Below are positions 1 through 9,676 of a DNA stretch of 64,000 nucleotides, piece after piece. The number at the start of each line of letters is the position of its first letter. The first letter of the stretch is position 1. The notes beneath the pieces are model-generated. The model saw nothing but the letters and a program-made list of their open reading frames with translations, ran no database searches and was not told the DNA's origin. The stretch is from Desulfovibrio piger (GTDB lineage: Bacteria > Bacillota > Clostridia > Lachnospirales > Lachnospiraceae): NCBI GenBank assembly GCA_963590775.1, contig CAVAPS010000006.1, positions 15,314 through 79,313 of the forward strand, in the 5' to 3' direction. The position numbers and the translations under genes were made by a program.

Positions 1-252
1 ATCGCCCTTGGCTGTGAGCATAATAATAGGAACATCCGAGAACTCTCTTATCTGCTGGCATACTGACAATCCATCAAGCTTAGGAAGCATTATATCAAGA
101 AGAATTATATCATATTCATTGTTCTTAGCATATTCAAGGGCTTCCTCTCCATCATAAGCACAGTCTACAACACTGTAATCCTGCATAAGACTGAACTTAA
201 GTCCCTTAACAATCATCTTTTCATCATCAACAACCAAAACTCTGCCTGCCAT
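1..252 (-). CDS. OmpR/PhoB-family response regulator, N-terminal part (runs off the window)
   Basis: Manual translation from ATG 252: MAGRVLVVDDEKMIVKGLKFSL...YDIILLDIMLPKLDGLSVCQQIREFSDVPIIMLTAKGD. Receiver motifs DD, D(phospho) and TAK are present; AAGGAG RBS upstream. Confidence 0.93.
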   Translation of the reverse strand, partial: MAGRVLVVDDEKMIVKGLKFSLMQDYSVVDCAYDGEEALEYAKNNEYDIILLDIMLPKLDGLSVCQQIREFSDVPIIMLTAKGD

Positions 253-288
253 AATCTACTCCTTTTACTTCTTACCAATATGCCTTCA

Positions 289-900
289 TCATACGCATAT
301 ATAATTCTTTATCTTGTTAAATGCAGCTTCCTTAATTCCAGATACTTTCATAATATCTTCTATTGTCTGGAATCTGCCATTATCTGTCCTGTAACTTATT
401 ATGTCTGCTGCCCTTGAACTTCCTATTCCCGGAAGCGTCGTCAGCTCCTCAGCCGTTGCCTTATTAATATTAATAAGCCCCGCTGTCTCTTCTTCCATAA
501 CAGGTATATCGTCACCATATGATGGTATATATATCCGTTCCCCATCATTAACCGGTGCTGCCAGATTGACTAAAGACATATCAGCAGAATCATCAGCCCC
601 TCCCGCCAGTTCAACTGCCTCATATAATCTCATGCCGCTTTGGCACTTAACAACTCCTGGTGAATTAACATGTCCACATATATACACATATATGTCACTG
701 CCTGATGGCTCATAATCAGTACCGCTCACTTCTTCTGTACCTTTTATAACATCCTTATCTGCAAATGTGTCCTCAGACGCAGACATATTCTTTCTTCCAG
801 CCAGATATATAACACCTGCTATTATTATAAAAACTGCACATATTGTGTATTGTACAGCTTTCTTGTGTTTCTTATATAATTGCTTGTAATCCATGTACAC
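289..900 (-). CDS. comEA: ComEA-family DNA-binding protein (TM anchor, SLBB, HhH)
   Basis: N-terminal TM helix; SLBB-like VYICGHVNSPGV..AGGA..NLA; C-terminal HhH ININKATAEELTTLPGIGSSRAADII. Confidence 0.88.
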   Translation of the reverse strand: MYMDYKQLYKKHKKAVQYTICAVFIIIAGVIYLAGRKNMSASEDTFADKDVIKGTEEVSGTDYEPSGSDIYVYICGHVNSPGVVKCQSGMRLYEAVELAGGADDSADMSLVNLAAPVNDGERIYIPSYGDDIPVMEEETAGLININKATAEELTTLPGIGSSRAADIISYRTDNGRFQTIEDIMKVSGIKEAAFNKIKNYICV

Positions 901-1054
901 TCTCCTTAAGTATTACCCTAAGGAAATCCCTTTTGCGTACCTTTCTATTTTACAAAATTGTCCTATCGAATACAAGCCTAATTTGCTTATAAATGTTTAC
1001 ACTTTTTTTGTTCTTTGGTAAAATGTTACTATTATCGGCTAAGGGAGGGAAGCC

Positions 1055-3787
1055 ATGAATTCATCTAAAAAATCAATTCTTAATTCTAACTTTACATATC
1101 TTGTTGCCTTTGTACTTCCTGTCATCATGATGCTGGCTCTGTACTACACAAGAGGCATATTTCCATGGGGAAATGAATGTTATCTGAGATCTGACATGTA
1201 TCATCAGTATGCACCATTCTTTTCGGAACTGTGGAACAAGATAAGGAATGGTGAAAGTCTTACTTACTCATGGGATATAGGAATGGGGACTAACTTTACA
1301 TCTCTGTTCGCATATTACCTTGCAAGCCCATCTAACTGGTTCGTTGCACTTTTTCCACAGAAGTACATTATCGAGATAATGAATGCATTTATAATACTTA
1401 AGATAGCTAGCAGCAGTCTTTCCATAACATACTATCTTACCAAGCACAATAACAATAAGCATGTTATTGCCGCAATATTCGGTATGTTCTACGGTATGTC
1501 AGGATTCATTGCAGCATACAGCTGGAATATTATGTGGCTTGACTGTGTTATTCTCGTTCCACTTATCATGCTTGGACTTGAAAGACTTGTTAATGAGAAC
1601 CGCTGCATATTCTACTGCATAACTCTCGGATTATGTATATTTACTAATTATTATATTGCTATCATGGTATGCCTTTCAGTAGTAATCTACTATGTTGTAC
1701 TTATGATTGCTTATAACGGTATTAAAAGCCCTATGCAGTATGTGAAGAAATTTATTAATTTCTGTGTATATTCACTGCTTGCCGGTGGACTGGGAGCGTG
1801 TCTTCTTCTGCCTGAATTCTATACATTTTCACTTTCAGCATCAAGCGACACAACTTTCCCTGATAAGCTTATTTCTTATTTCAGCATCTTATCGATGCTT
1901 ACAAGACAGCTTATCAATATTCCGGTTCACTTAGGACTCGACCATCTGCCTAACATATATTGTGGCGTTGCCGTGTTAATGTTAATTCCACTTTATATTA
2001 TGTGCAGCAAGGTCAATGCCCGCGAGAAGATTGGCAAATGTGTCATCCTGCTTATCTTCCTCACAGCATTTAACTTAAATATACCTAATTATATATGGCA
2101 TGGTATGCATTTCCCTAACAGCCTGCCTTGCAGACAGTCATTCATATATATATTCTTCCTGCTTGCAATGTGCTATGAGGCTGTTATTAACCTTAAGAAT
2201 TCCACTGACAGGCAGCTTGGCGCATCCCTGTGGATTGCTATCGGTCTTCTGCTTATTATGGAGGAACTGTTTATTAACTCGGAGACTGAATATTCATTCA
2301 AGAGCGTATATATAAGCGGAATATTTATTCTTATATACAGTCTGTTAATGTTTATTCATAACAACGCGAAGCTTAAGATTCCTGTTGTTCTCATGCTTGC
2401 ATTCTCGGTATCAATCGTTGAATGTACCATGAATATGGATGCAACAGGTATCGGAACAACAAGCCGTACATCATATCTGCTCGACTATGATGCAATAAAA
2501 ACTGTAACCAAGACTGTATCTGACAACGATGACTCATTCTATCGTATGGATAAGCTTTTCGGGGCACGTTCCAAGAATGATGGTGCATGGCACAATTACA
2601 GGACTGTTTCAACATTTTCATCAACATGTAATGCAGGTATGTCAAAGCTCTACAACCTTATAGGAATGGAGAATTCAACTAATGCTTACGGCTGTAATGG
2701 TCTTACTGCTGTTACTAATTCGCTTTTCTCTGTCAAATACACTATCTCTAACCGCCTTCTGGTTGAGAGTGATATAAGAAATTATTATACAGGCAGCGAT
2801 GGTGAATTCGTATATAGGAATAATTATACACTTCCTATTGGTTATGCAATTAACAGTTCAACTGCTAATGACCTTGTTATGTCTAAGGAAAACAATGGTA
2901 TTGAGAACCAGAATCTCCTTATCCAGTCTCTTACCGGAATAAGCGAAGTATTTGAATATACTACTTCATTCCCTACAGAGCCGGACTGCATTATCACTCC
3001 TGCAAAGAGTGGACATATGTATCTGTCAGTTGCGAATAAATCTGTTGATGCCATAACCGTAACTATTAATAACGCTACAACTTACACTTACAACAATATA
3101 AAGAGCAATAACCGTATTCTTGATATAGGTTATGTCCACAGTACTGATACTGTTGAAGTAACATCTGATACCGGCGGAATGAATCTTACTGTATACACAC
3201 TTGATGAAGACAAATTCATCAGGGCATACAATAAGCTTAACTCAGAAGGATATCAGGTTGAAAAGTTCTCTGACACTAAGTTCACAGGAACTCTTACTGC
3301 TTCCACAGACAAGGCAATATTATTCTCTATTCCATACGATGCAGGCTGGTCTGTATATATTGATGGTAAGAAGGCTGACACTTATGCATGGCAGAATGCA
3401 TTATTATGCGTGGATATAAGTGCTGGAACCCACACTGTTGTATTAAAATACTGCCCTGTTAATTTAATATTGGGTTGCGTTATTACTATACTTTGCATTA
3501 TTATATTGATTGGCATTTATCTTGCCAGCCGCTTTATTAAAGCAGGAAAAGTCAATATGACACATTTTCCGGTAATTATCAGAAAATATCTTGATGATCC
3601 GTCTCTTACTGACAAGGATATTAAGAAACTGTCTGATGATAATATAGAAAGTTCTATTCTTGATGATATGGATGATTTCGAGAATCTCGAATCAACTGAC
3701 ATTGATGATGAACTTACTGACAGTCTGCTCTCTTCTTTTGATGAAGATGAACATGACGATAACAACGAAGGAAATACTGATATCTAA
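1055..3787 (+). CDS. YfhO-family polytopic membrane protein (GT-C-like glycosyltransferase)
   Basis: 910 aa multi-TM protein; SDMYHQYAPF motif, YYLASP, and C-terminal FSIPYDAGWSVYIDGK typical of YfhO. Confidence 0.88.
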   Translation: MNSSKKSILNSNFTYLVAFVLPVIMMLALYYTRGIFPWGNECYLRSDMYHQYAPFFSELWNKIRNGESLTYSWDIGMGTNFTSLFAYYLASPSNWFVALFPQKYIIEIMNAFIILKIASSSLSITYYLTKHNNNKHVIAAIFGMFYGMSGFIAAYSWNIMWLDCVILVPLIMLGLERLVNENRCIFYCITLGLCIFTNYYIAIMVCLSVVIYYVVLMIAYNGIKSPMQYVKKFINFCVYSLLAGGLGACLLLPEFYTFSLSASSDTTFPDKLISYFSILSMLTRQLINIPVHLGLDHLPNIYCGVAVLMLIPLYIMCSKVNAREKIGKCVILLIFLTAFNLNIPNYIWHGMHFPNSLPCRQSFIYIFFLLAMCYEAVINLKNSTDRQLGASLWIAIGLLLIMEELFINSETEYSFKSVYISGIFILIYSLLMFIHNNAKLKIPVVLMLAFSVSIVECTMNMDATGIGTTSRTSYLLDYDAIKTVTKTVSDNDDSFYRMDKLFGARSKNDGAWHNYRTVSTFSSTCNAGMSKLYNLIGMENSTNAYGCNGLTAVTNSLFSVKYTISNRLLVESDIRNYYTGSDGEFVYRNNYTLPIGYAINSSTANDLVMSKENNGIENQNLLIQSLTGISEVFEYTTSFPTEPDCIITPAKSGHMYLSVANKSVDAITVTINNATTYTYNNIKSNNRILDIGYVHSTDTVEVTSDTGGMNLTVYTLDEDKFIRAYNKLNSEGYQVEKFSDTKFTGTLTASTDKAILFSIPYDAGWSVYIDGKKADTYAWQNALLCVDISAGTHTVVLKYCPVNLILGCVITILCIIILIGIYLASRFIKAGKVNMTHFPVIIRKYLDDPSLTDKDIKKLSDDNIESSILDDMDDFENLESTDIDDELTDSLLSSFDEDEHDDNNEGNTDI

Positions 3788-3805
3788 ATCAAGGAGGATT
3801 TATAC

Positions 3806-5182
3806 ATGAAATTATGGGGTGGACGATTCACCAAAGAAACTAATGAGCTTGTTAACAACTTCAACGCATCAATTTCATTTGACCAGAAGTTCTATAAGCA
3901 GGATATTGAAGGAAGTATTGCACATGCTACTATGCTTGGCAAGCAGGGAATTATTCCTGAAAGCGAAAGTGAACAGATTATAGAAGGTCTTAAGGGAATT
4001 TTTGCTGATATTGAATCAGGAAAGCTTGAAATCACTGATGAATACGAGGATATTCATACATTTATGGAAGCTACTCTTATCGAAAGAATCGGTGATGCCG
4101 GAAAGAGACTTCACACTGGACGAAGCAGAAATGATCAGGTTGCTCTTGATATGAGACTTTACACAAGACAGGAGGTTCTTAATACTGACGCAGAGCTTAA
4201 AGAGCTTATGGCTGTTATCTTAAGAATCATGAAAGAGAATACTCATACATTTATGCCTGGATTTACTCATCTTCAGAAGGCACAGCCTGTTACTGTTGCT
4301 CATCATTTTGGTGCTTACTTTGAAATGTTCAAGCGTGACAGAAGCAGACTTCATGATATATATGAAAGAATGAACTACTGCCCTCTCGGTGCAGGTGCAC
4401 TTGCAGGAACAACTTATCCATTAGACAGAGAGCTTACAGCTTCTCTTCTTGGTTTCTACGGACCAACACTTAACAGCATGGATTCTGTTTCTGACAGAGA
4501 TTATCTTATTGAATTCCTATCTGCATTATCAACTATCATGATGCATTTAAGCCGTTTCTCTGAGGAAATATGTATCTGGAATTCTAATGAATACAGATTC
4601 ATTGAACTTGATGACGCTTTTAGTACAGGAAGCTCTATTATGCCTCAGAAGAAGAACCCAGATATTGCAGAGCTTGTAAGAGGTAAGACAGGCAGAGTAT
4701 ACGGTGCACTTATGAGCCTCCTTACAACAATGAAGGGTATTCCTCTTGCTTACAACAAGGATATGCAGGAAGATAAGGAATTATCATTTGACGCATTTGA
4801 CACAGCCAAGGGCTGCATCAGCCTTTTCAAGGGCATGATTGATACTATGAAGTTCAACAACAAGAGAATGGAAGATTCAGCAAAGAACGGCTTCACCAAT
4901 GCTACTGACGCTGCTGACTATCTTGTTAAGAAGGGTGTTCCTTTCAGAGAAGCCCACGGTATTGTCGGTCAGCTTGTTCTTATGTGCATTGAGAAGAATA
5001 TTGCACTTGATGACCTTTCTCTTGAAGAATATAAAGCAGTCAGCCCTGTATTTGATGAGGACATCTACGAGGCAATCAGCCTTCAGACTTGTGTAGATAA
5101 GAGACTCACTCTTGGTGCTCCTGGTCCGGAGGTTATGAATAAGGTTATTGCTATATATGATAATTATATGGAAGAGAATTAA
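3806..5182 (+). CDS. argH: Argininosuccinate lyase
   Basis: MKLWGGRF start, HTGRSRNDQV, GSSIMPQKKNPD, YNKDMQEDKE; AAGGAGG RBS. Confidence 0.98.
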   Translation: MKLWGGRFTKETNELVNNFNASISFDQKFYKQDIEGSIAHATMLGKQGIIPESESEQIIEGLKGIFADIESGKLEITDEYEDIHTFMEATLIERIGDAGKRLHTGRSRNDQVALDMRLYTRQEVLNTDAELKELMAVILRIMKENTHTFMPGFTHLQKAQPVTVAHHFGAYFEMFKRDRSRLHDIYERMNYCPLGAGALAGTTYPLDRELTASLLGFYGPTLNSMDSVSDRDYLIEFLSALSTIMMHLSRFSEEICIWNSNEYRFIELDDAFSTGSSIMPQKKNPDIAELVRGKTGRVYGALMSLLTTMKGIPLAYNKDMQEDKELSFDAFDTAKGCISLFKGMIDTMKFNNKRMEDSAKNGFTNATDAADYLVKKGVPFREAHGIVGQLVLMCIEKNIALDDLSLEEYKAVSPVFDEDIYEAISLQTCVDKRLTLGAPGPEVMNKVIAIYDNYMEEN

Positions 5183-5663
5183 GGTGGTTTAGATGGTTTA
5201 TCCATAATTTTAAAAGGTATATTAATCTCCAAACTGTAAAATAAAATTTTATAGTTTGGAGATTATCTATCCTTTCAAATGAATGTTCTACCTGCAAATC
5301 TGTCATTTTTAAGTTACTCTCTATATACTCCAGCAATTCTGTACCATCCAAATATATATACATCTGTGGTGCTACAAATCCCGGAACATTTTTTCTTAAG
5401 TCATCTAATGATATCTGTGATGTTTCCTGAAATCTATCTATTTCCATTGCATATCTATAATGATAAGTTTCCATATATTCCTTTATTCGTGTAACAGCAT
5501 TGCTATCTTCTTTATAGTATTCCAACCAGTCAGATAGACAATGCCTTTTACCCAAGTATACAACACCGGTGATTGCTTTCACCGGTGAACTAACATACAT
5601 ATATGCCATTACAGGTTCATCTGGAAAATTTCTTCTATGTTCAAATATCTTCACACCAGATTT
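5151..5663 (-). pseudogene. N-terminally deleted ASCH/PUA-like domain protein
   Basis: The frame reads KSGVKIFEHRRNFPDEPVMAYMYVSSPVKAITG...GFVAPQMYIYL, matching ASCH-like GxKxxExR, YxSxPxKxIxG and APQ patterns. It has no start or RBS of its own and abuts the endonuclease remnant. Confidence 0.6.
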
Positions 5664-6282
5664 ATATTAAAAGTATGAATCATTGTAAGACGCTTACTAT
5701 CACGGCTGACAACCTTATAGTAATCCTCTATTCCAAAAAGATATTCTATCATCTTACGTGGCATATTCTTATCTTCTTTATATGCTCTATTAACCTCATC
5801 CACAAATGCCTGTAGTAAAGGTACATATACTACTTCGTCTTTATCATTGATTTCAGACCATCTTGAACCATTATATCCTTCTCATTCTTTAGCATATCAA
5901 ATATTGGTTGAACCGCATTCCAATATGCATCACTATCACTACAAGGCATATCAAACCATTCTTTACCAAAATCAAGTTTATGACTTAATCTGCTATGTTT
6001 TACGGCGTCGTGATTATGTTTGATACTTAATCCTATTTCCCACTCAATATCATTTCTTCTAATAACAATGTCTCTTACATCCCCCTTTACGCCAGCTCCG
6101 TCCTTCTGAAACTCTAATGTCAATTCATCATTACTGCCCTCTGACATTTTAGGTTCCATTTCAAGCACTGTATCAATGGCTTATTCTGCTGATATCATAA
6201 ATGTCTGCTGCATTTCCTCATCCATAGGAGCCCATGCCTTTTCATTTGCATGCAAACTAGAATTATCAACTATTCTAGTTTT
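5651..6282 (-). pseudogene. HaeIII-family type II restriction endonuclease, degenerate
   Basis: QKDGAGVKGDVRDIVI..EIGLSIKHNHDAVKHSRLS..LDFGKEW resembles RE_HaeIII. There is an in-frame TAA at about 6181-6183 and a frameshift near 5873; the frame then continues as NGSRWSEINDKDEVVYVPLLQAF...MIEYLFGIEDYYKV. Both termini are missing. Confidence 0.82.
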
Positions 6283-7204
6283 CCATTACCTTCTAAGTAT
6301 TTCTTTATTGCAACAGCTATTTCATATGCAAGGTTAACCGGAACAGCATTGCCAATCATTTTATATGCTGTATTAGTATCCTCATATATAAATTTAAAAT
6401 CATCTGGAAATCCCTGTACTCTGGCAACCTCTCTAATTGTCATTCGACGATAAAGATGTTCTTTTCCTTCTACAAATCTGCAATCATTCTGTGCCACTTT
6501 AACCATTTTAGGTGCTTGTGGATGAAGCTGACATTGTCTTCCTGATGCCTGAACTGTAAATGCCTGTTCATCCCATCCTTTTACTCTGTTACGGCTCATA
6601 AATATTGGTGAATATGCTCCATTATAGTATTCATTGTTATTAATTGCCTCTGGATTGTGGTGATTTTTCTCTCCTGATGGAACAGCCGTATCTTGCAAAT
6701 CCTTCCTAAAACCTATATAAAACACTCTCTTTCTTCCGCAACTCCGTAATCCTTTGTATTTACGAGTGTGAATGATACATCATATCCTGCATCATCAAAA
6801 AGATTTAGAATATTCTGCACCGCTTCTGAATGTCTGTTTGCCAACATTCCGCTTACATTTTCTGCCAAAAAGAATTTAGGTTGGAATTCCTTTAATATTC
6901 TAATATAATCAAAAAACAACTGTCCTCTGGCATCTTTAATCCCCTTTAATGAACCTGCCTCAGACCATGACTGACAAGGTGGACCACCGATAATTCCATC
7001 AACTTTTCCATCTATAAACTGTTCAATATCTTCTTTTGTTACCTGTCTTATATCACCTTCAATCAGATGAGTATTAGGATGATTAGCTTTAAATGTCGAC
7101 CATATTGTTTTGTCAAATTCATTCGCAACAGGAATATTAAACCCTGCTCTTTCAAAACCCACATCTAATCCTCCACATCCACTAAACAAACTAATTATGT
7201 TCAT
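6270..7204 (-). pseudogene. M.HaeIII-like C5-cytosine DNA methyltransferase, frameshifted and internally deleted
   Basis: Motifs [17 protein letters not shown] and [34 protein letters not shown] and motif [10 protein letters not shown], as in M.HaeIII. Split into two ORFs at about 6728. Confidence 0.92.
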
Positions 7205-7348
7205 GGGTATCCTCTCCTTCATTGTTTTCTTTAATTATTCTGGCAGCTTCTATTAATGCTGTAATTGTTGCACGAGCAAATTTTCTTTATAAAACTTTAT
7301 ATATTAAAAGGTAGTCATGTCGACTTTGACTCCCCAACCGTTAAACAA

Positions 7349-9658
7349 CTACACTCTTATCTTCGTCCCCTTAGTATCCCTGTGAGCCGTCTTCATCTTG
7401 GCAAAACTTATACTCTTACCCTTATATTCCATCGTGAACTCATCACCTTCTGTAAGCAGGAATACATCTTCTATATAATCGTCTTTTGAAAGCTTGATTC
7501 CTCTTACACCAACAGCACTCTTCTTCTTCATTGGAATGTCTGTTAATGGGAATTTTAAGAATACTCCGCTTTCTGTCTGCACAATTACATTCTGGTTGCT
7601 CTCGACAACCTCTTCCTCCTTGATTTCGCCATCAAGCGAGAACTTTGAGTAGATTTCCACTCTTGCATCTGTTGAATACATTCCGATAAGCTTGTCATCA
7701 TCTGCTAATTTCGTACATGCAACTGTACGCTTTGCAACATGGAATTCTTCGCTGTCTACAAGCTTCATCATTCCCTGTCTTGTAACAAAAAGCATTTTCT
7801 GATTCTTAAGTCGTTCAAATGGAGTGATATACACAATTATTTCTTTAGAACTGTCATAGTTACACAGATTATCAATAGGAGTGCCTTTATCCCTGAACTT
7901 AGTAAAAGGCAAATCCTTTATCTTTAACTGGTGCATGTCTCCCATATCAGTAAATATGCAGATTTTATCTGTATTCATTACCGGAATAACATATTTGTTC
8001 TCATTAAATACAGCCTCTTTATTTCTCTCAAATGCAGCCATATCAATAGTTCTTGCATATCCGAATCTATCCATGATGAACATAACTTCCATCTCAGGAA
8101 TCTTCTTTTCCTCAAATACAGCAGCTTCGCCATCTTCGATTACAGTTCTTCTTGCAACACCATATTCCTTCTTAATATTAAGAAGATCTGCCTTGATGAC
8201 CTTAGCCATCTCTTTTCTGCTGCCAAGTATCTTTTCATACTTCTCAATCTTCTTAACACATTCGTCATATTCCTTCTGAAGATTAAGAATTTCAAGACCA
8301 ATCAGCTTGTACAGACGCATTTCCAATATGGCGCTTGCCTGTCTTTCTGTGAAATCAAGACCTGCAGCCTGCTTCTTTGACCGCTCTGACTTAAACTTGA
8401 TTCCCTCAACATTACCATTGACAAGGCATTCCTTAGCCATCTTAAGATTAGCACTGCCTCGTAATATCTCGATAATAAGGTCAATAATATCACAGGCTCT
8501 TATAAGCCCTTCCTTAATCTCCCTGTTAGCCTTCTCCTTTTCAAGAAGTGTTGTGTATTTTCTTGTAGCAAGCTCATACTGGAAATTAATGTGATGTCTT
8601 ATTATATCCTTAATACCTAAAGTCTCAGGTCTGCCATCAACGATAGCCAGCATATTTACGCCAAATGTATCTTCTAACTTGGTCTTCTTGTACAGAAGAT
8701 TTTCAAGATTCTTGACATCAGCATTCTTCTTAAGTTCAAGGACAATTCTTATTCCTTCCTTAGAAGACTCATTAGAAATGTCGACAATATCAGTAGTTTT
8801 CTTAGTCTCTATGAGACTTACAACATCAGATATGAATTTACCTATGTTAGCACCAATCATTGTATATGGAATCTCTGTAATAACAAGCTTGTCCTTCTCA
8901 GAACGGTTCTTGGCAGGCTCAAATACAACCTTGCCTCTTAACTTAATCTTTCCTGAACCTGTCTCATATATTGCACCAAGCTCACTTTTATTAATTACAA
9001 TTCCACCTGTAGGAAAATCAGGACCCGGGCAGACCTGCATAAGCTCCTCTGTTGTAATATCCTCATTATCCATATATGCACATACTGCATCAACAACCTC
9101 TGAAAGATTGTGTGGAGGGATATTAGTTGTCATACCAACCGCAATACCATCTGCACCGTTTACAAGCAGATTAGGTACTCTTACAGGAAGAACCTCAGGC
9201 TCTTTCTCTGTCTCATCAAAGTTAGGCACGAAATCCACAACATTTTTATCAAGGTCAGCAAGATATACGTCCTGTGTGAATTTCTTTAACTTAGCCTCTG
9301 TATATCGCATGGCAGCTGCACCGTCACCTTCGATAGAACCGAAGTTTCCGTGTCCGTCAACAAGCGCCATTCCCTTCTTAAAATCCTGTGAAAGTACTAC
9401 AAGTGTCTCATATATTGAACTGTCACCATGAGGGTGATATTTACCCATTGTATCACCAACGATACGCGCAGACTTTCTGTGAGGCTTGTCGTAATTAAGC
9501 CCCAACTGGTCCATGGCATACAGCACTCTTCTCTGTACCGGCTTTAACCCGTCCCTTACATCAGGAAGCGCTCTCGCTGTAATAACACTCATGGAATAAT
9601 CTATATAGGACTTCTGCATAACCTCAGAATACTCAGTCCTTATAATCTTCTCAGCCAT
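7349..9658 (-). CDS. parC: Type IIA topoisomerase subunit A, most likely topoisomerase IV ParC
   Basis: ARALPDVRDGLKPVQRR, GKYHPHGDSS, AAAMRYTE (catalytic Tyr). No QxRGGxG GyrA-box, and the CTD is short. Confidence 0.82.
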   Translation of the reverse strand: MAEKIIRTEYSEVMQKSYIDYSMSVITARALPDVRDGLKPVQRRVLYAMDQLGLNYDKPHRKSARIVGDTMGKYHPHGDSSIYETLVVLSQDFKKGMALVDGHGNFGSIEGDGAAAMRYTEAKLKKFTQDVYLADLDKNVVDFVPNFDETEKEPEVLPVRVPNLLVNGADGIAVGMTTNIPPHNLSEVVDAVCAYMDNEDITTEELMQVCPGPDFPTGGIVINKSELGAIYETGSGKIKLRGKVVFEPAKNRSEKDKLVITEIPYTMIGANIGKFISDVVSLIETKKTTDIVDISNESSKEGIRIVLELKKNADVKNLENLLYKKTKLEDTFGVNMLAIVDGRPETLGIKDIIRHHINFQYELATRKYTTLLEKEKANREIKEGLIRACDIIDLIIEILRGSANLKMAKECLVNGNVEGIKFKSERSKKQAAGLDFTERQASAILEMRLYKLIGLEILNLQKEYDECVKKIEKYEKILGSRKEMAKVIKADLLNIKKEYGVARRTVIEDGEAAVFEEKKIPEMEVMFIMDRFGYARTIDMAAFERNKEAVFNENKYVIPVMNTDKICIFTDMGDMHQLKIKDLPFTKFRDKGTPIDNLCNYDSSKEIIVYITPFERLKNQKMLFVTRQGMMKLVDSEEFHVAKRTVACTKLADDDKLIGMYSTDARVEIYSKFSLDGEIKEEEVVESNQNVIVQTESGVFLKFPLTDIPMKKKSAVGVRGIKLSKDDYIEDVFLLTEGDEFTMEYKGKSISFAKMKTAHRDTKGTKIRV

Positions 9659-9676
9659 TTTCTACTCCTTTAGCTT

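Noticed and set aside
6713..6740. Programmed frameshift or phase variation restoring the MTase
   Set aside because: The additional in-frame deletion and the ruined cognate REase indicate decay.
8679..9431. Long antisense ORFs (here and opposite parE, ppdK, clpB and the repeat stalks)
   Set aside because: Shadow frames of conserved genes with no RBS or recognisable motifs.
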